From assembly GCA_003228415.1 (NCBI GenBank), contig QIDL01000190.1, positions 1 to 28,054 of the forward strand: DNA of 28,054 nucleotides. The letters are read 5' to 3'. Below the pieces are notes generated by a model. The model did no database searches, was not told the DNA's origin, and saw only the letters and a program-made list of their open reading frames with translations. The translations under genes and the position numbers were made by a program. Origin of the DNA: Gammaproteobacteria bacterium. GTDB taxonomy: Bacteria; Pseudomonadota; Gammaproteobacteria; Pseudomonadales; Azotimanducaceae. Of the stretch, positions 16,643-27,988 are shown one piece after another (the stretch's first letter is position 1; each line of letters starts with the position of its first letter).

Positions 16643-18105
16643 GCCTCAGCCTGATCGATGAGAAACCGAAACAGCATACCCAGCGGGCGGCCGGTCGCTC
16701 CGTTTTGTGGCCCGCCCGGGAAAGCCGTCCCGGCCACGTCGAGGTGCGCCCACTTCTGACCTTCGGTAAAGCGGCCCAGGAAGCAGGCGGCGACGATAGA
16801 GCCTGCGCCGCCTTTACCAATGTTCGAAACATCCGCGAACTGGCTTTTCAATCCCACCTGATACTCATCCCATAGCGGCATTCGCCAACCACGATCACCG
16901 CTCGCCTCTCCCGCCTCGAGCAGCGCGTTCGCGAGCGTATCGTCATTGGCATAGACGGCCGAGGCGTGTGCACCGAGTGCCATTATGGCGGCGCCGGTGA
17001 GGGTGGCAACATCGATCAGCACTTTCGGTTTGAAGCGTGCCGCATAGGCCAGGGCGTCACACAGAACCAGGCGACCTTCCGCATCGGTATTGAGAATTTC
17101 CACCGTCTTTCCGGAAAGCGTTTCAACGATGTCTCCCGGTCGCGTTGCACGACCGCTCGGCATGTTCTCGGCGGCTGCCACGATAGTGACCAGATTGATC
17201 GCCAGCCTGGCGTCGACGGCCGCTCTGGTTACACCGAGGACGTTCGCGGCGCCACACATATCGTATTTCATATCCTGCATGCCGCCCGAGGACTTCAGGT
17301 TGATGCCACCGGTATCAAAGGTAATCCCCTTGCCCACCAGGACGACGGGCGCATCGCTCGAGTTCCGAGCCCCTCGATAGCGAACGATGATCATCCTGCC
17401 GGGATTTTCGCTGCCCCGGGTCACGGCCATGAAGGCGCCCATGCCAAGCTCGCCCATCTTTTTTTCATCGAGGGAGGTGACCGTGACCTTGGGGTTGCGG
17501 CCCAGTTTTCTGGCTTCCTTGAGAAGGTAGGAGGGGTTGCAGACGTTGGGTGGCTGATTGGCCAGATCGCGTGCCCAGTCGAGACCCGCTTTGGCGCCCT
17601 GACCGTGACGCACCGCGCGGGCAACAGAACCGCGCGTTCGGGCATCGGCATGCAGGGCGACCGTGTTCAGGGAAATATCCCCATTCTTGCCGGGCTGCCT
17701 GTGCTGGTTGAAAGAATACAGAACGTTGGAAAGGGCGGAGAGGGACGCGCTGGCTTTCCAGTAGACATCTTCAGCTTTGACTCTGGTGCCCGTCAGAGCC
17801 CACAAAGCACTTTTTGCTTTGACGCTTTTCAGTCCAGTGGCAGTTGCCTTGACGGCTTTGCTGAAGTCTTCGCGTGTAACCGAAGCGCCAAGCCCGCCAA
17901 TCACCAACATTTTCTTGATTGGGCTCGAAGGACCAAGATTGACCAGATGTGTTTGACCGATTTTGTCATCGAAATCGGAGGTCGACGTCTCGAAGAAGCG
18001 CGCCGCGCCATGCTGCCTGGCGACTTGTTGGCATTGTTTCAGGTTCGCTATCAGACAATCGGTTCGGGATTCGGCGAGGGTGATGGTGGTGGTCGAATAC
18101 TTCAT
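16639..18105 (-). CDS. pepA: Leucyl aminopeptidase (M17)
   Basis: LVGKGITFDTGG, MKYDMCGAA, VEILNTDAEGRLVLCDAL, IDVATLTGA and WAHLDVAGTA metal-binding motifs. Confidence 0.97.
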   Translation of the reverse strand: MKYSTTTITLAESRTDCLIANLKQCQQVARQHGAARFFETSTSDFDDKIGQTHLVNLGPSSPIKKMLVIGGLGASVTREDFSKAVKATATGLKSVKAKSALWALTGTRVKAEDVYWKASASLSALSNVLYSFNQHRQPGKNGDISLNTVALHADARTRGSVARAVRHGQGAKAGLDWARDLANQPPNVCNPSYLLKEARKLGRNPKVTVTSLDEKKMGELGMGAFMAVTRGSENPGRMIIVRYRGARNSSDAPVVLVGKGITFDTGGINLKSSGGMQDMKYDMCGAANVLGVTRAAVDARLAINLVTIVAAAENMPSGRATRPGDIVETLSGKTVEILNTDAEGRLVLCDALAYAARFKPKVLIDVATLTGAAIMALGAHASAVYANDDTLANALLEAGEASGDRGWRMPLWDEYQVGLKSQFADVSNIGKGGAGSIVAACFLGRFTEGQKWAHLDVAGTAFPGGPQNGATGRPLGMLFRFLIDQAEA

Positions 18106-18166
18106 AATCAGGCTTTGCTTCAGGCTTATTCAATTTGGCGCGCAATTCTAAAGTAAAACAAGAACT

Positions 18167-19237
18167 ATGGTAGTCGCCGCACGTTACATCAATCGCGAGC
18201 TTGTGCTGGTTCTGCTGGTGGTGACTCTGGTCCTGCTGACCGTCACTGTGGGTGGCCGCTTCATCAGCTATCTGCAGGATGCGGCTCTCGGCAAGTATTC
18301 GGCGCAGAGTATCCTGATCATATTGTGGTATCGACTGCCCGGTTTCCTGCAGTTGCTGTTGCCGTTCGCCTTTTTCCTGTCGATATTGCTGACCCTGGGA
18401 CGAATGTATGCCGAGCAGGAGTTCGAAGTGTTGCGTAGCGGTGGCGTCAGCCCGGCCAGGCTCGTAACCTGGCTTGGCCCTGTCACTCTGATCGTTGGTT
18501 CTGCCGTTGGCTATTTCAGCCTGGTTCTGGCGCCGGCAAACGATCGGCTACTGACCGAATTCATTCGCGCTCAACGTGCCAATGCTCAATTCAACGTTGT
18601 TGCCCCGGGAATTTTTCACACCTATCAGCGTGGTCGGCGGGTGACCTATGCGGATGGGGTCAGCGAAGACCGGCTGGTGTTGAACGATGTATTCATGGCT
18701 CAGCTGCAGGCGGGCGAAGACATCGTGACCATTCGAGCCGAGGAGGGCGGTCAGCAGACCGACCCGCTGACCGGCGTTCGATATCTGGTGCTGGTGGATG
18801 GTATTCGCTACCGGGGTGAAAGCGGCCGCGCGGACTATCAGGTGGTCTCTTTCAAACGCCTCAAGCAGCGTCTGGAAGAGGCCCCGAAGAGTACCAGAGT
18901 CGGTATCGAAGCCCGAACCATGGAGGAATTGCTGGCCCGGCAGGATGCTGAAGCCCTGGCAGAGTTGCACTGGCGGATATCACTGCCGCTGGTGGTGGTC
19001 ATTGCGGCGATAGTGGGCATCGGGGTGGCCAGAACCAAACCGCGGCAGGGTCGCTTTGCCCGTGTGGTACCGGGACTGGCCCTTTTTATCGGCTACTATG
19101 CCGCCCTGGTATTCAACAAAGATGTGATCTCCGATGGGCTGTGGCCACCCGCTCTGGGCATGTGGGCGGTGCACGGATTGTTCTTCGTGCTCGGACTGGC
19201 GTTGATTCGAAACGCCGCTCTACCGGCCAGGGTCTGA
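18167..19237 (+). CDS. lptF: LPS export ABC transporter permease LptF
   Basis: RYINREL, RLPGFLQLLLPFAFFLSILLTLGRMYAEQE and AELHWRISLP; three TM segments, a periplasmic domain, then three more; divergent from pepA. Confidence 0.95.
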   Translation: MVVAARYINRELVLVLLVVTLVLLTVTVGGRFISYLQDAALGKYSAQSILIILWYRLPGFLQLLLPFAFFLSILLTLGRMYAEQEFEVLRSGGVSPARLVTWLGPVTLIVGSAVGYFSLVLAPANDRLLTEFIRAQRANAQFNVVAPGIFHTYQRGRRVTYADGVSEDRLVLNDVFMAQLQAGEDIVTIRAEEGGQQTDPLTGVRYLVLVDGIRYRGESGRADYQVVSFKRLKQRLEEAPKSTRVGIEARTMEELLARQDAEALAELHWRISLPLVVVIAAIVGIGVARTKPRQGRFARVVPGLALFIGYYAALVFNKDVISDGLWPPALGMWAVHGLFFVLGLALIRNAALPARV

Positions 19238-19239
19238 GC

Positions 19240-20337
19240 ATGGCCATAGCAATTTCCCAGATGGATCGATATATCGGCACCTCGGTGTTACAGGCCACCG
19301 CCGTGGTGTTCCTGGCTTTTCTGGGGATCATGTCGTTGTTCGCGGTCCTGGAAGAACTGCGTGAGGAGAGTCCCGCTTACAGCTTCGGAGAAATGCTCTG
19401 GTTTGTGTGGATGACCACGCCCCGCCGCCTCTACGAAGTACTACCCTATGTGGTTTTCCTGGGTGCGCTGATCGGCCTCGGGAGTCTGGCCTCTCACTCT
19501 GAAATGGTGATATTCCGCACCGCCGGGGTGTCTCCGGGAAGGATTTTCCTTGGGGTTGCCTGGCCGGCGGCGTTGGTTTTCCTGTTCGGGCTGGTGATCG
19601 GAGAGTGGGTGGCTCCGCAGGGCGAAGAGCGTGCGAAAACCTTCAAGGCGATTGCACTCTCCGGGGCCAATGGCGAGTCAGATATCGTCAAGGTTTCTCG
19701 AGGCTACTGGTATCGGGAAGGCTCGATGATCATGCGGGTGGCCGAGCTTGGTGAGTCAGGCGGACTGCTGAAGATACAGCAGTACTGGTACGGCGAGCAT
19801 CAGCAGCTGGTCCGGACAGTGAAGGCTGAGCGTGCAGAATACATCACCGGCAGCGACCCCTACTGGCGTCTCCTCGATGTGGTTGAAACCCGGATGGAAG
19901 ATGACCAGTTGACTACGCGGGCGCTCGAGGAGCAGCGGTGGGAGGGGCAGGTGGACCCGCGGGTGCTGAGCATCAGGGTGCTGGTTGCGCCGAGGCAACT
20001 CTCTGTAAACGATCTTTATCGTCAGATCGCCTATATGGACCGGGAAGGGTTGAGCGCCGAAGTCTATCGGTTGGCCTATTGGACAAAAATATTCCAGCCA
20101 CTTTCGGTGCTGGGGCTGGCTCTGCTGGCGCTCGGGTTTGTCCTCGGGCCGCTGCGCGAAGTCGGCATGGGCGTTCGATTGAGTGTGGGGATTTTTGCAG
20201 GACTGGGGTTCAAGTACCTGCAGGATCTGTTTGCGCCGATGAGCATGGTTTACGATCTGCCGCCGGTACTTGCCGTGCTGCTGCCGATCGTTGTGTGCTG
20301 GGTGATCGGCGCTTGGGGGCTGTCACGGGTCCGCTGA
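19240..20337 (+). CDS. lptG: LPS export ABC transporter permease LptG
   Basis: MDRYIG, PRRLYEVLP, LGSLASHSEMVIFRTAGVS and GPLREVGMGVRL. Start reassigned to ATG19240, 2 nt after the lptF stop; ATG19261 is an alternative. Confidence 0.95.
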   Translation: MAIAISQMDRYIGTSVLQATAVVFLAFLGIMSLFAVLEELREESPAYSFGEMLWFVWMTTPRRLYEVLPYVVFLGALIGLGSLASHSEMVIFRTAGVSPGRIFLGVAWPAALVFLFGLVIGEWVAPQGEERAKTFKAIALSGANGESDIVKVSRGYWYREGSMIMRVAELGESGGLLKIQQYWYGEHQQLVRTVKAERAEYITGSDPYWRLLDVVETRMEDDQLTTRALEEQRWEGQVDPRVLSIRVLVAPRQLSVNDLYRQIAYMDREGLSAEVYRLAYWTKIFQPLSVLGLALLALGFVLGPLREVGMGVRLSVGIFAGLGFKYLQDLFAPMSMVYDLPPVLAVLLPIVVCWVIGAWGLSRVR

Positions 20338-20349
20338 ACCGGGTTCTCG

Positions 20350-20784
20350 TCAGCTACTGGTCTTCGGGGTGTTCTTCGGGGTGTACAGCACCACCGAATC
20401 AGAGAACAGGTCCGGCCAGCCGCGCTTGAGCGGATCGAAGAGTATCCACAGATAGCCAATACCCAGGCAGGCGAACGACGCCAGGGCGGCAACGAAGCGC
20501 AACACCACCTGGACAAGGGAAATTCGGACACCGCTGGTGGACTCCAGGGAGATGCGCCAGGCCAGCATACCCAGCGTCTGACCTCTGAAGACCCAGAAGT
20601 AGGCGAAAAATCCGAACAACTCCAGAAACAGCAGACTCTGGATGGTGGGGCCGGTGGCCGCAGCATTGGTGAAGGCCACCAGCGGAAACAAGGTGGCCAT
20701 CCATAGCGCCAGAATCAGCAGAGCATCATAGACCATTGCCCCAAGGCGTCGGAGCAGGCCAGCAGGAACGGAGTCTTGCGCCAC
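20350..20784 (-). CDS. RDD family membrane protein
   Basis: AGLLRRLGAMVYD (R-D), GQTLGMLAWRI and WPDLFSDSVV (second D); three hydrophobic segments. Start reassigned to GTG20784, preceded by AGAGGA. Confidence 0.9.
   Translation of the reverse strand: MAQDSVPAGLLRRLGAMVYDALLILALWMATLFPLVAFTNAAATGPTIQSLLFLELFGFFAYFWVFRGQTLGMLAWRISLESTSGVRISLVQVVLRFVAALASFACLGIGYLWILFDPLKRGWPDLFSDSVVLYTPKNTPKTSS
20361..20384. repeat. Perfect 12-bp tandem duplication at the RDD C-terminus
   Basis: TCTTCGGGGTGT at 20361-20372 and 20373-20384; encodes TPKN-TPKT on the minus strand. Confidence 0.9.
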
Positions 20785-20792
20785 GGAATCCT

Positions 20793-22268
20793 CTAAAAAT
20801 GGGCGATGTTGTTGGCCAGCGAAACCGCTCTGCCGCAGAATTCTTCGCAAGCCATGGCGTCCAGCACCTCCCGGTCTTCCAGACTTGCCCAGACACGGCA
20901 ACCGTTGTCGGTCAGTGCGCTCAAATATGCTGTTTTCGGCTCTTCGGTCGAGGCGCCGTACATCACGGTGTAGCTCTCGACCCGGGCTACTCCCTGGTAG
21001 CCGTCCATGACCTCGCGGGTCGCGAACCGGTCGACCTCAGATTGCAGGTCCACGTGCTTAAAGGGTCTCCCTGGCGCCTCGGCCGCATAGACACCGAACG
21101 CGTGCTTCGCCAGATAACCGCCGTTGGCCGTGATCAGCCCTTTGCTGTCGGGTGCTTTCCGGAGTAATTCGACCATCCTGGCGATGGAGTGCATGACGTA
21201 GTTGTTCAACGGACCACCGGCAAAGGTCAAACCGCCGGTGATGGTCAGTGGCCGGGACAGATCCAGGCCGATCTCCCGCGCGCCCACCTGCACGGCCACG
21301 GGAAAGCAGCTGTAGACGTCTACATAGTCGAGTGTTTCGGGGGTCAGGTCTGCGAGTTCGAGTGCGCGCCGACCGGCCAGGCGGATGGCGGGTGACTCGT
21401 AAAAATTGTCTCTGTGGGACGCCAGATAGGCATCGTGAGCATCCGTCCCGGTCCAGGGGTAGACCCATCTGCTTTGATCGATACCGAGCGCGCGGGCCCT
21501 GGTCGTCGAGCACAGGATCAGAGCGGCTGCCTGATCCACATTGCTGTTTGAATTCATGAATTTTGGATAGGGGAAGGAAACGGGCCGATTCACCGCGGAA
21601 ACCGAACGAATCTCCTTCGCAGATTTGGCTTCGCGAATCCAGGCATGTGGATTTTCAGCCGCCACGGCGGAAAAACCCGCCCAGAGTTCGGAGATTCGCT
21701 TGACGTGCTCATCGATCGATTCGCCAAGGTGATGACGCAGTGCGTTCTCGAACATCGGGTAGACCTGAATCGGCTGGCTGATTCCGAGCTCCATCTCAAT
21801 CCGGTGGGCCATGGGAACATCCTCGCCGATCAGCAGATCCGGAGTTCCGGGTGCGCTCTGCCAGTCCAGATCGGTGCGCAGATTCAAACCTGCCTTGAGC
21901 GCCTTCGCCTGGGTATTGCCGCACTCTGCACCGGTAATCAGAATGATGTCGTGCCGGCCTGCTTGAATATCCAGCGCACTCTGGTTGACCGTGGATTGAA
22001 CGAAGTTGCCGCCGTAGGGCGTGATACAGGTCTGGGCACCCGGCACACCCAGTCTCTCACCGATGACTTTGGCGGGATTTTTGTATGGCCAGCGGCCGCG
22101 AACCACTCGGATGCTGCTTGCAGTGCTGAGCAGCCTGGCCGAGCCTGCGTCGGCGCCTGCCAGTTCCAGCGCCTCCAGCATCAGCGCAAGAGGTTCTTTG
22201 CTCTCTCTGGGATCGGAGGATCGTTGCTCCAACTGGGCGATTCCGACCAGTACCGGGGTTTGCATCAT
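20793..22268 (-). CDS. Thiolase-like protein (atypical acetyl-CoA acetyltransferase family, PRK08257/TLP1-like) with a C-terminal extra domain
   Basis: TPVLVGIAQ, GGN, YPMFENALR, YPKFMNSN-x2-VDQAAALILCS, DVYSCFP, LTITGGLTFAGGPLNNY and ANGGYLAKH. 491 aa, about 100 aa longer than a classical thiolase. Confidence 0.85.
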   Translation of the reverse strand: MMQTPVLVGIAQLEQRSSDPRESKEPLALMLEALELAGADAGSARLLSTASSIRVVRGRWPYKNPAKVIGERLGVPGAQTCITPYGGNFVQSTVNQSALDIQAGRHDIILITGAECGNTQAKALKAGLNLRTDLDWQSAPGTPDLLIGEDVPMAHRIEMELGISQPIQVYPMFENALRHHLGESIDEHVKRISELWAGFSAVAAENPHAWIREAKSAKEIRSVSAVNRPVSFPYPKFMNSNSNVDQAAALILCSTTRARALGIDQSRWVYPWTGTDAHDAYLASHRDNFYESPAIRLAGRRALELADLTPETLDYVDVYSCFPVAVQVGAREIGLDLSRPLTITGGLTFAGGPLNNYVMHSIARMVELLRKAPDSKGLITANGGYLAKHAFGVYAAEAPGRPFKHVDLQSEVDRFATREVMDGYQGVARVESYTVMYGASTEEPKTAYLSALTDNGCRVWASLEDREVLDAMACEEFCGRAVSLANNIAHF

Positions 22269-22296
22269 GGTGCTCGACTGTCGAACAAAAGGAACA

Positions 22297-22383
22297 TGGT
22301 AGCTGGGGCGGGAGTCGAACCCGCACTTGGTTGCCCAAACTGGATTTTGAATCCAGCGCGTCTACCAGTTTCGCCACCCAGCC
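22297..22383 (-). tRNA. tRNA-Leu (anticodon CAA), class II long variable arm, CCA encoded
   Basis: GGCTGGG TGGCGAAACTGGTAGACGCG CTGGA-TTCAAAA-TCCAG TTTGGGCAACCAAG T GCGGG-TTCGACT-CCCGC CCCAGCT A CCA. 87 nt, with all stems pairing (G1-U72 wobble) and discriminator A73. Confidence 0.97.
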
Positions 22384-22469
22384 AGAAGGGTGGGGTTTTT
22401 ATCACATTCCCGCGTGGCCTTACCAGCGCGGTCCCGGAAAGGCGATGTGCGCGTGAGGTGTCATTCGAT

Positions 22470-22485
22470 TACAATCCGCCGCCCC
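22470..22485 (+). promoter_or_regulatory. Possible -10 element with a GC-rich discriminator upstream of queA
   Basis: TACAAT at 22470-22475 followed by CCGCCGCCCC; no convincing -35. Confidence 0.3.
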
Positions 22486-22579
22486 CTAAGCACCCGGATT
22501 CTAGCCGATTACAGCTCTGGCCGGTAAAGCCATGAAATCAAAACCCACACCGACAGTACCCGGCGCTGCAGCTGGAGCG

Positions 22580-25070
<2,491 letters not shown>

Positions 25071-25078
25071 ACTGAACC

Positions 25079-27016
25079 ATGGCCAATAGAGCGCCCAGGG
25101 CCGCAAGCACCAGCGTGCTGGGCCTTCCGAAAGGACCGAGCCGGCCCCCGAATACCTCGTCAGTCGGCCGCTACATCGCCGTCGGACTGGTGATATTGAT
25201 CGGCGCCGTTTATGCGTCACCCAATTTTTTTCAGCCGGACAGCGCCTTACAGATCAAATCGGTGACCGACATCGGCAGCACGGCCGAAAGTTCAGAAATC
25301 AATCAGTGGCTGCTGGATCGAGCAGTATCCGCGTTACGGGAGCGGGGGGTACCGGTCATCGGGTCGGAGATCAAGGAAGACTCCGCGCTGATTCGAGTTG
25401 ATAGCGACGAGAGCCAGCTCAAAGGCCAGCGCGTGCTTCTGGACACGCTCAACAGCTCCGGTGACGCTCGCTACGTGATTGCTTTGACCCGGGCTTCCAC
25501 GACACCTCGGTGGCTGGAAGATATCGGTGGCAAGCCTATGTCGCTTGGCCTCGATTTATCGGGCGGGGTTCACTTTCTCCTCCAGGTGGACATGGATAAA
25601 TTTCTGGGTGATCGAATGGTCTCGAATCAGGAGGCGATACGTGATCTTCTGGTGTCCGAGCGGATTCGCTATACCAATCGGGAGTGGGTCGATGGCAGAG
25701 TTCTGAACATCGCTTTTCAGAGTGAAGACGCTCGTGATCGGGCGGCAGATTCGATCGCCGACGAGTTTGATGAATTCCAGCTTCTCGAGCGCACTGTCGA
25801 AGGGCAGCCGGGTCTCCGACTGACGGTGACCGCAGAGAAGATACGAGAGTTGGAAGATCTCGCCATACAGCAGAACCTGCAGAGCTTGCGTAACCGGGTC
25901 AATGAGCTTGGCGTTTCGGAACCACTGGTACAACGCCTGGGTCGTTCGCGCATCGTGCTGGACCTGCCCGGTGTGCAGGATAGCGCTCGGGCCAAAGAAA
26001 TTATAAACAAGTTTGCCAACCTGGAATTCCGTCTGGTGGCATCGTCCAACGCCCGCCCATCCCAGATAGAACGGTTTGACTATGAAGGTGCGCCGGTCGT
26101 TCTGGAGAAATCGAACATCGTCACCGGCGATCAGGTGACAAACGCGGTTCAGGAGTTCGATCCGGACACCGGGCAGCCACAGGTCAGTATCAACCTGGAC
26201 AACGACGGCGGTCGAGCCATGAATGAAGCCACGAAAGGCAACGTGGGTAATTCCATGGCGATTATTTTCAAGGAATTGAAAGTGCAGATGCGCACTGTGG
26301 TGGAAGATGGTGAGCCCGTTGAAGTTCCCTATACCACTGAATTCAATCGTGTGATCAATGTGGCCACCATCCAGTCGGCACTCGGATTCCGCTTCCGGAT
26401 AACCGGTCTGGATCTTGCAGAAGCACGGGATCTGGCGCTATTGCTGCGAGCGGGTGCGCTGGCGGCACCCATGTACATCGTCGAAGAGAGATCGGTCGGC
26501 GCCAGCCTGGGCGATGACAACATCCAGGCCGGTCAACAGTCAGTGATGATCGGCTTCGCGGTGGTACTGCTGTTCATGCTGTTCTACTACCGAGGCTTCG
26601 GTCTCGCAGCAGATATCGCGCTCACTGCCAATCTGGTGCTGCTGATCGCGGTAATGTCTGTGCTCGGAGCGACCCTTACTCTCCCGGGCATTGCCGGGAT
26701 CGTGTTGACGGTTGGTATGGCGGTGGACGCCAATGTGCTCATATTTTCCAGAATCCGTGAAGAACTCGGCGAACGATCCCCGCAAGCGGCTATTCAGCAG
26801 GGATTCGACAAGGCGCTGCTGACGATTCTCGATGCCAATATCACGACTTTTTTCGTGGCGATCATTCTCTTCTCTATCGGTAGCGGGCCGGTAAAGGGCT
26901 TTGCCGTGACGCTCGCCATCGGAATCGTTACCTCCATGTTCACCGCCATCCTCGGTACCAGAGCGCTGGTCAATCTCATGTACGGTGGACGCAGACTGGA
27001 AGTGCTCAAGATATGA
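25079..27016 (+). CDS. secD: Protein translocase subunit SecD
   Basis: MSLGLDLSGGVHFLLQVD, LRNRVNELGVSEPLVQR, LPGVQD, LRAGALAAP, ERSVGASLG, LTLPGIAGIVLTVGMAVDANVLIFSRIREE and GPVKGFAVTL. Confidence 0.98.
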   Translation: MANRAPRAASTSVLGLPKGPSRPPNTSSVGRYIAVGLVILIGAVYASPNFFQPDSALQIKSVTDIGSTAESSEINQWLLDRAVSALRERGVPVIGSEIKEDSALIRVDSDESQLKGQRVLLDTLNSSGDARYVIALTRASTTPRWLEDIGGKPMSLGLDLSGGVHFLLQVDMDKFLGDRMVSNQEAIRDLLVSERIRYTNREWVDGRVLNIAFQSEDARDRAADSIADEFDEFQLLERTVEGQPGLRLTVTAEKIRELEDLAIQQNLQSLRNRVNELGVSEPLVQRLGRSRIVLDLPGVQDSARAKEIINKFANLEFRLVASSNARPSQIERFDYEGAPVVLEKSNIVTGDQVTNAVQEFDPDTGQPQVSINLDNDGGRAMNEATKGNVGNSMAIIFKELKVQMRTVVEDGEPVEVPYTTEFNRVINVATIQSALGFRFRITGLDLAEARDLALLLRAGALAAPMYIVEERSVGASLGDDNIQAGQQSVMIGFAVVLLFMLFYYRGFGLAADIALTANLVLLIAVMSVLGATLTLPGIAGIVLTVGMAVDANVLIFSRIREELGERSPQAAIQQGFDKALLTILDANITTFFVAIILFSIGSGPVKGFAVTLAIGIVTSMFTAILGTRALVNLMYGGRRLEVLKI

Positions 27017-27933
27017 AGACTCCGACCATAGATTTTATGGCCGGACGCCGCATCGCGGGGATTACTTCGATCGTGCTGGTGATGATCTCGATTTTATGGC
27101 TGGCCGTCCAGGGATTGAATCGCGGTCTCGATTTTACCGGGGGTACACTGGTCGAGGTGGCGTTTCCGGCCCCGACGGATGCTGAAAAAATCCGCCGCAC
27201 ACTCGAATCCGCAGGTTATCAGAATGGCGTGGTGCAGTACTTTGGTACCGAGCGTGATCTGTTGATTCGCATGCCGCCCCAGCAGAGCGTTGATCAAGTG
27301 AACATGGGTGATGAGATTATTGCGACCTTGCGCGAACTCTATCCCGGGGTAGAGATGCGCCAGTCTAACTTTGTCGGTCCGGCGGTCGGTGAAGAACTGA
27401 CCGAAGATGCAGGCCTGGCGCTGCTGGCGGCTCTTGGCGTGATCATGCTCTACATTCTGTTTCGCTTCACCAAGCATTTCGCAGTGGGGGCTGTGGTTGC
27501 ATTGATTCACGACGTGGCCATTACTCTTGGAATCTTCGCCCTGATGCAGTGGACGTTCGATCTCTCGGTACTTGCGGCGTTGCTCGCGGTGATCGGCTAC
27601 TCATTGAATGACACCATTGTGGTGAGCGATCGAATTCGAGAAAATTTTCGTAAGATCCGTAAAGGTACTGCGGTAGAGGTGATCAATTTGTCGTTGAACC
27701 AGACACTTGGTCGAACTCTGGTAACGTCAATGACCACCTTGTTTGTGCTGCTGGCGCTTTTGATTGCGGGTGGAGAGGGTATCCGCGGATTTTCTGCGGC
27801 CTTGACGATCGGTGTCGTGGTCGGAACCTACTCGTCTGTTTTCGTGGCGGCGAATGTGCTGTTGCTGTTGAAGATATCCCGGGACGATCTACTCATCCCG
27901 GAGAAGGAGAATCAGGATCAGGCCATCCCCTGA
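27013..27933 (+). CDS. secF: Protein translocase subunit SecF
   Basis: GLDFTGGT, FVGPAVGEEL, ALIHDV, LAVIGYSLNDTIVVSDRIREN, SLNQTLGRT and GTYSSVFVA. Confidence 0.98.
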   Translation: MKTPTIDFMAGRRIAGITSIVLVMISILWLAVQGLNRGLDFTGGTLVEVAFPAPTDAEKIRRTLESAGYQNGVVQYFGTERDLLIRMPPQQSVDQVNMGDEIIATLRELYPGVEMRQSNFVGPAVGEELTEDAGLALLAALGVIMLYILFRFTKHFAVGAVVALIHDVAITLGIFALMQWTFDLSVLAALLAVIGYSLNDTIVVSDRIRENFRKIRKGTAVEVINLSLNQTLGRTLVTSMTTLFVLLALLIAGGEGIRGFSAALTIGVVVGTYSSVFVAANVLLLLKISRDDLLIPEKENQDQAIP

Positions 27934-27959
27934 GAGGGCCGGCAAGGAGGCCTGCCTCA

Positions 27960-27988
27960 ATTCAGGCCGCCGCCCGGATGGCCTGAAT
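27960..27988. terminator. 9-bp inverted repeat over the suhB stop, between convergent secF and suhB
   Basis: ATTCAGGCC (27960-27968) and GGCCTGAAT (27980-27988) with an 11-nt loop; no clear U-tract. Confidence 0.3.

Noticed and set aside
20350-22383. Possible genomic island integrated at tRNA-Leu
   Set aside because: There is no integrase or transposase, no direct repeat of the tRNA 3' end downstream, and no visible compositional shift. At most a single-gene slot (see findings).
22297-22383. G1-U72 wobble in the tRNA acceptor stem
   Set aside because: It also occurs in ordinary bacterial tRNA-Leu species (E. coli leuU, as I recall), so it is not unusual.
22281-22383. Link between tRNA-Leu(CAA), which reads UUG, and the TTG starts of fabY and the thiolase
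   Set aside because: Start codons are read by initiator tRNA-fMet, so the link has no mechanistic basis.
22384-22579. preQ1 riboswitch upstream of queA-tgt
   Set aside because: No preQ1-type hairpin with a 3' A-rich tail was found, and these riboswitches usually precede queCDEF or transporter genes.
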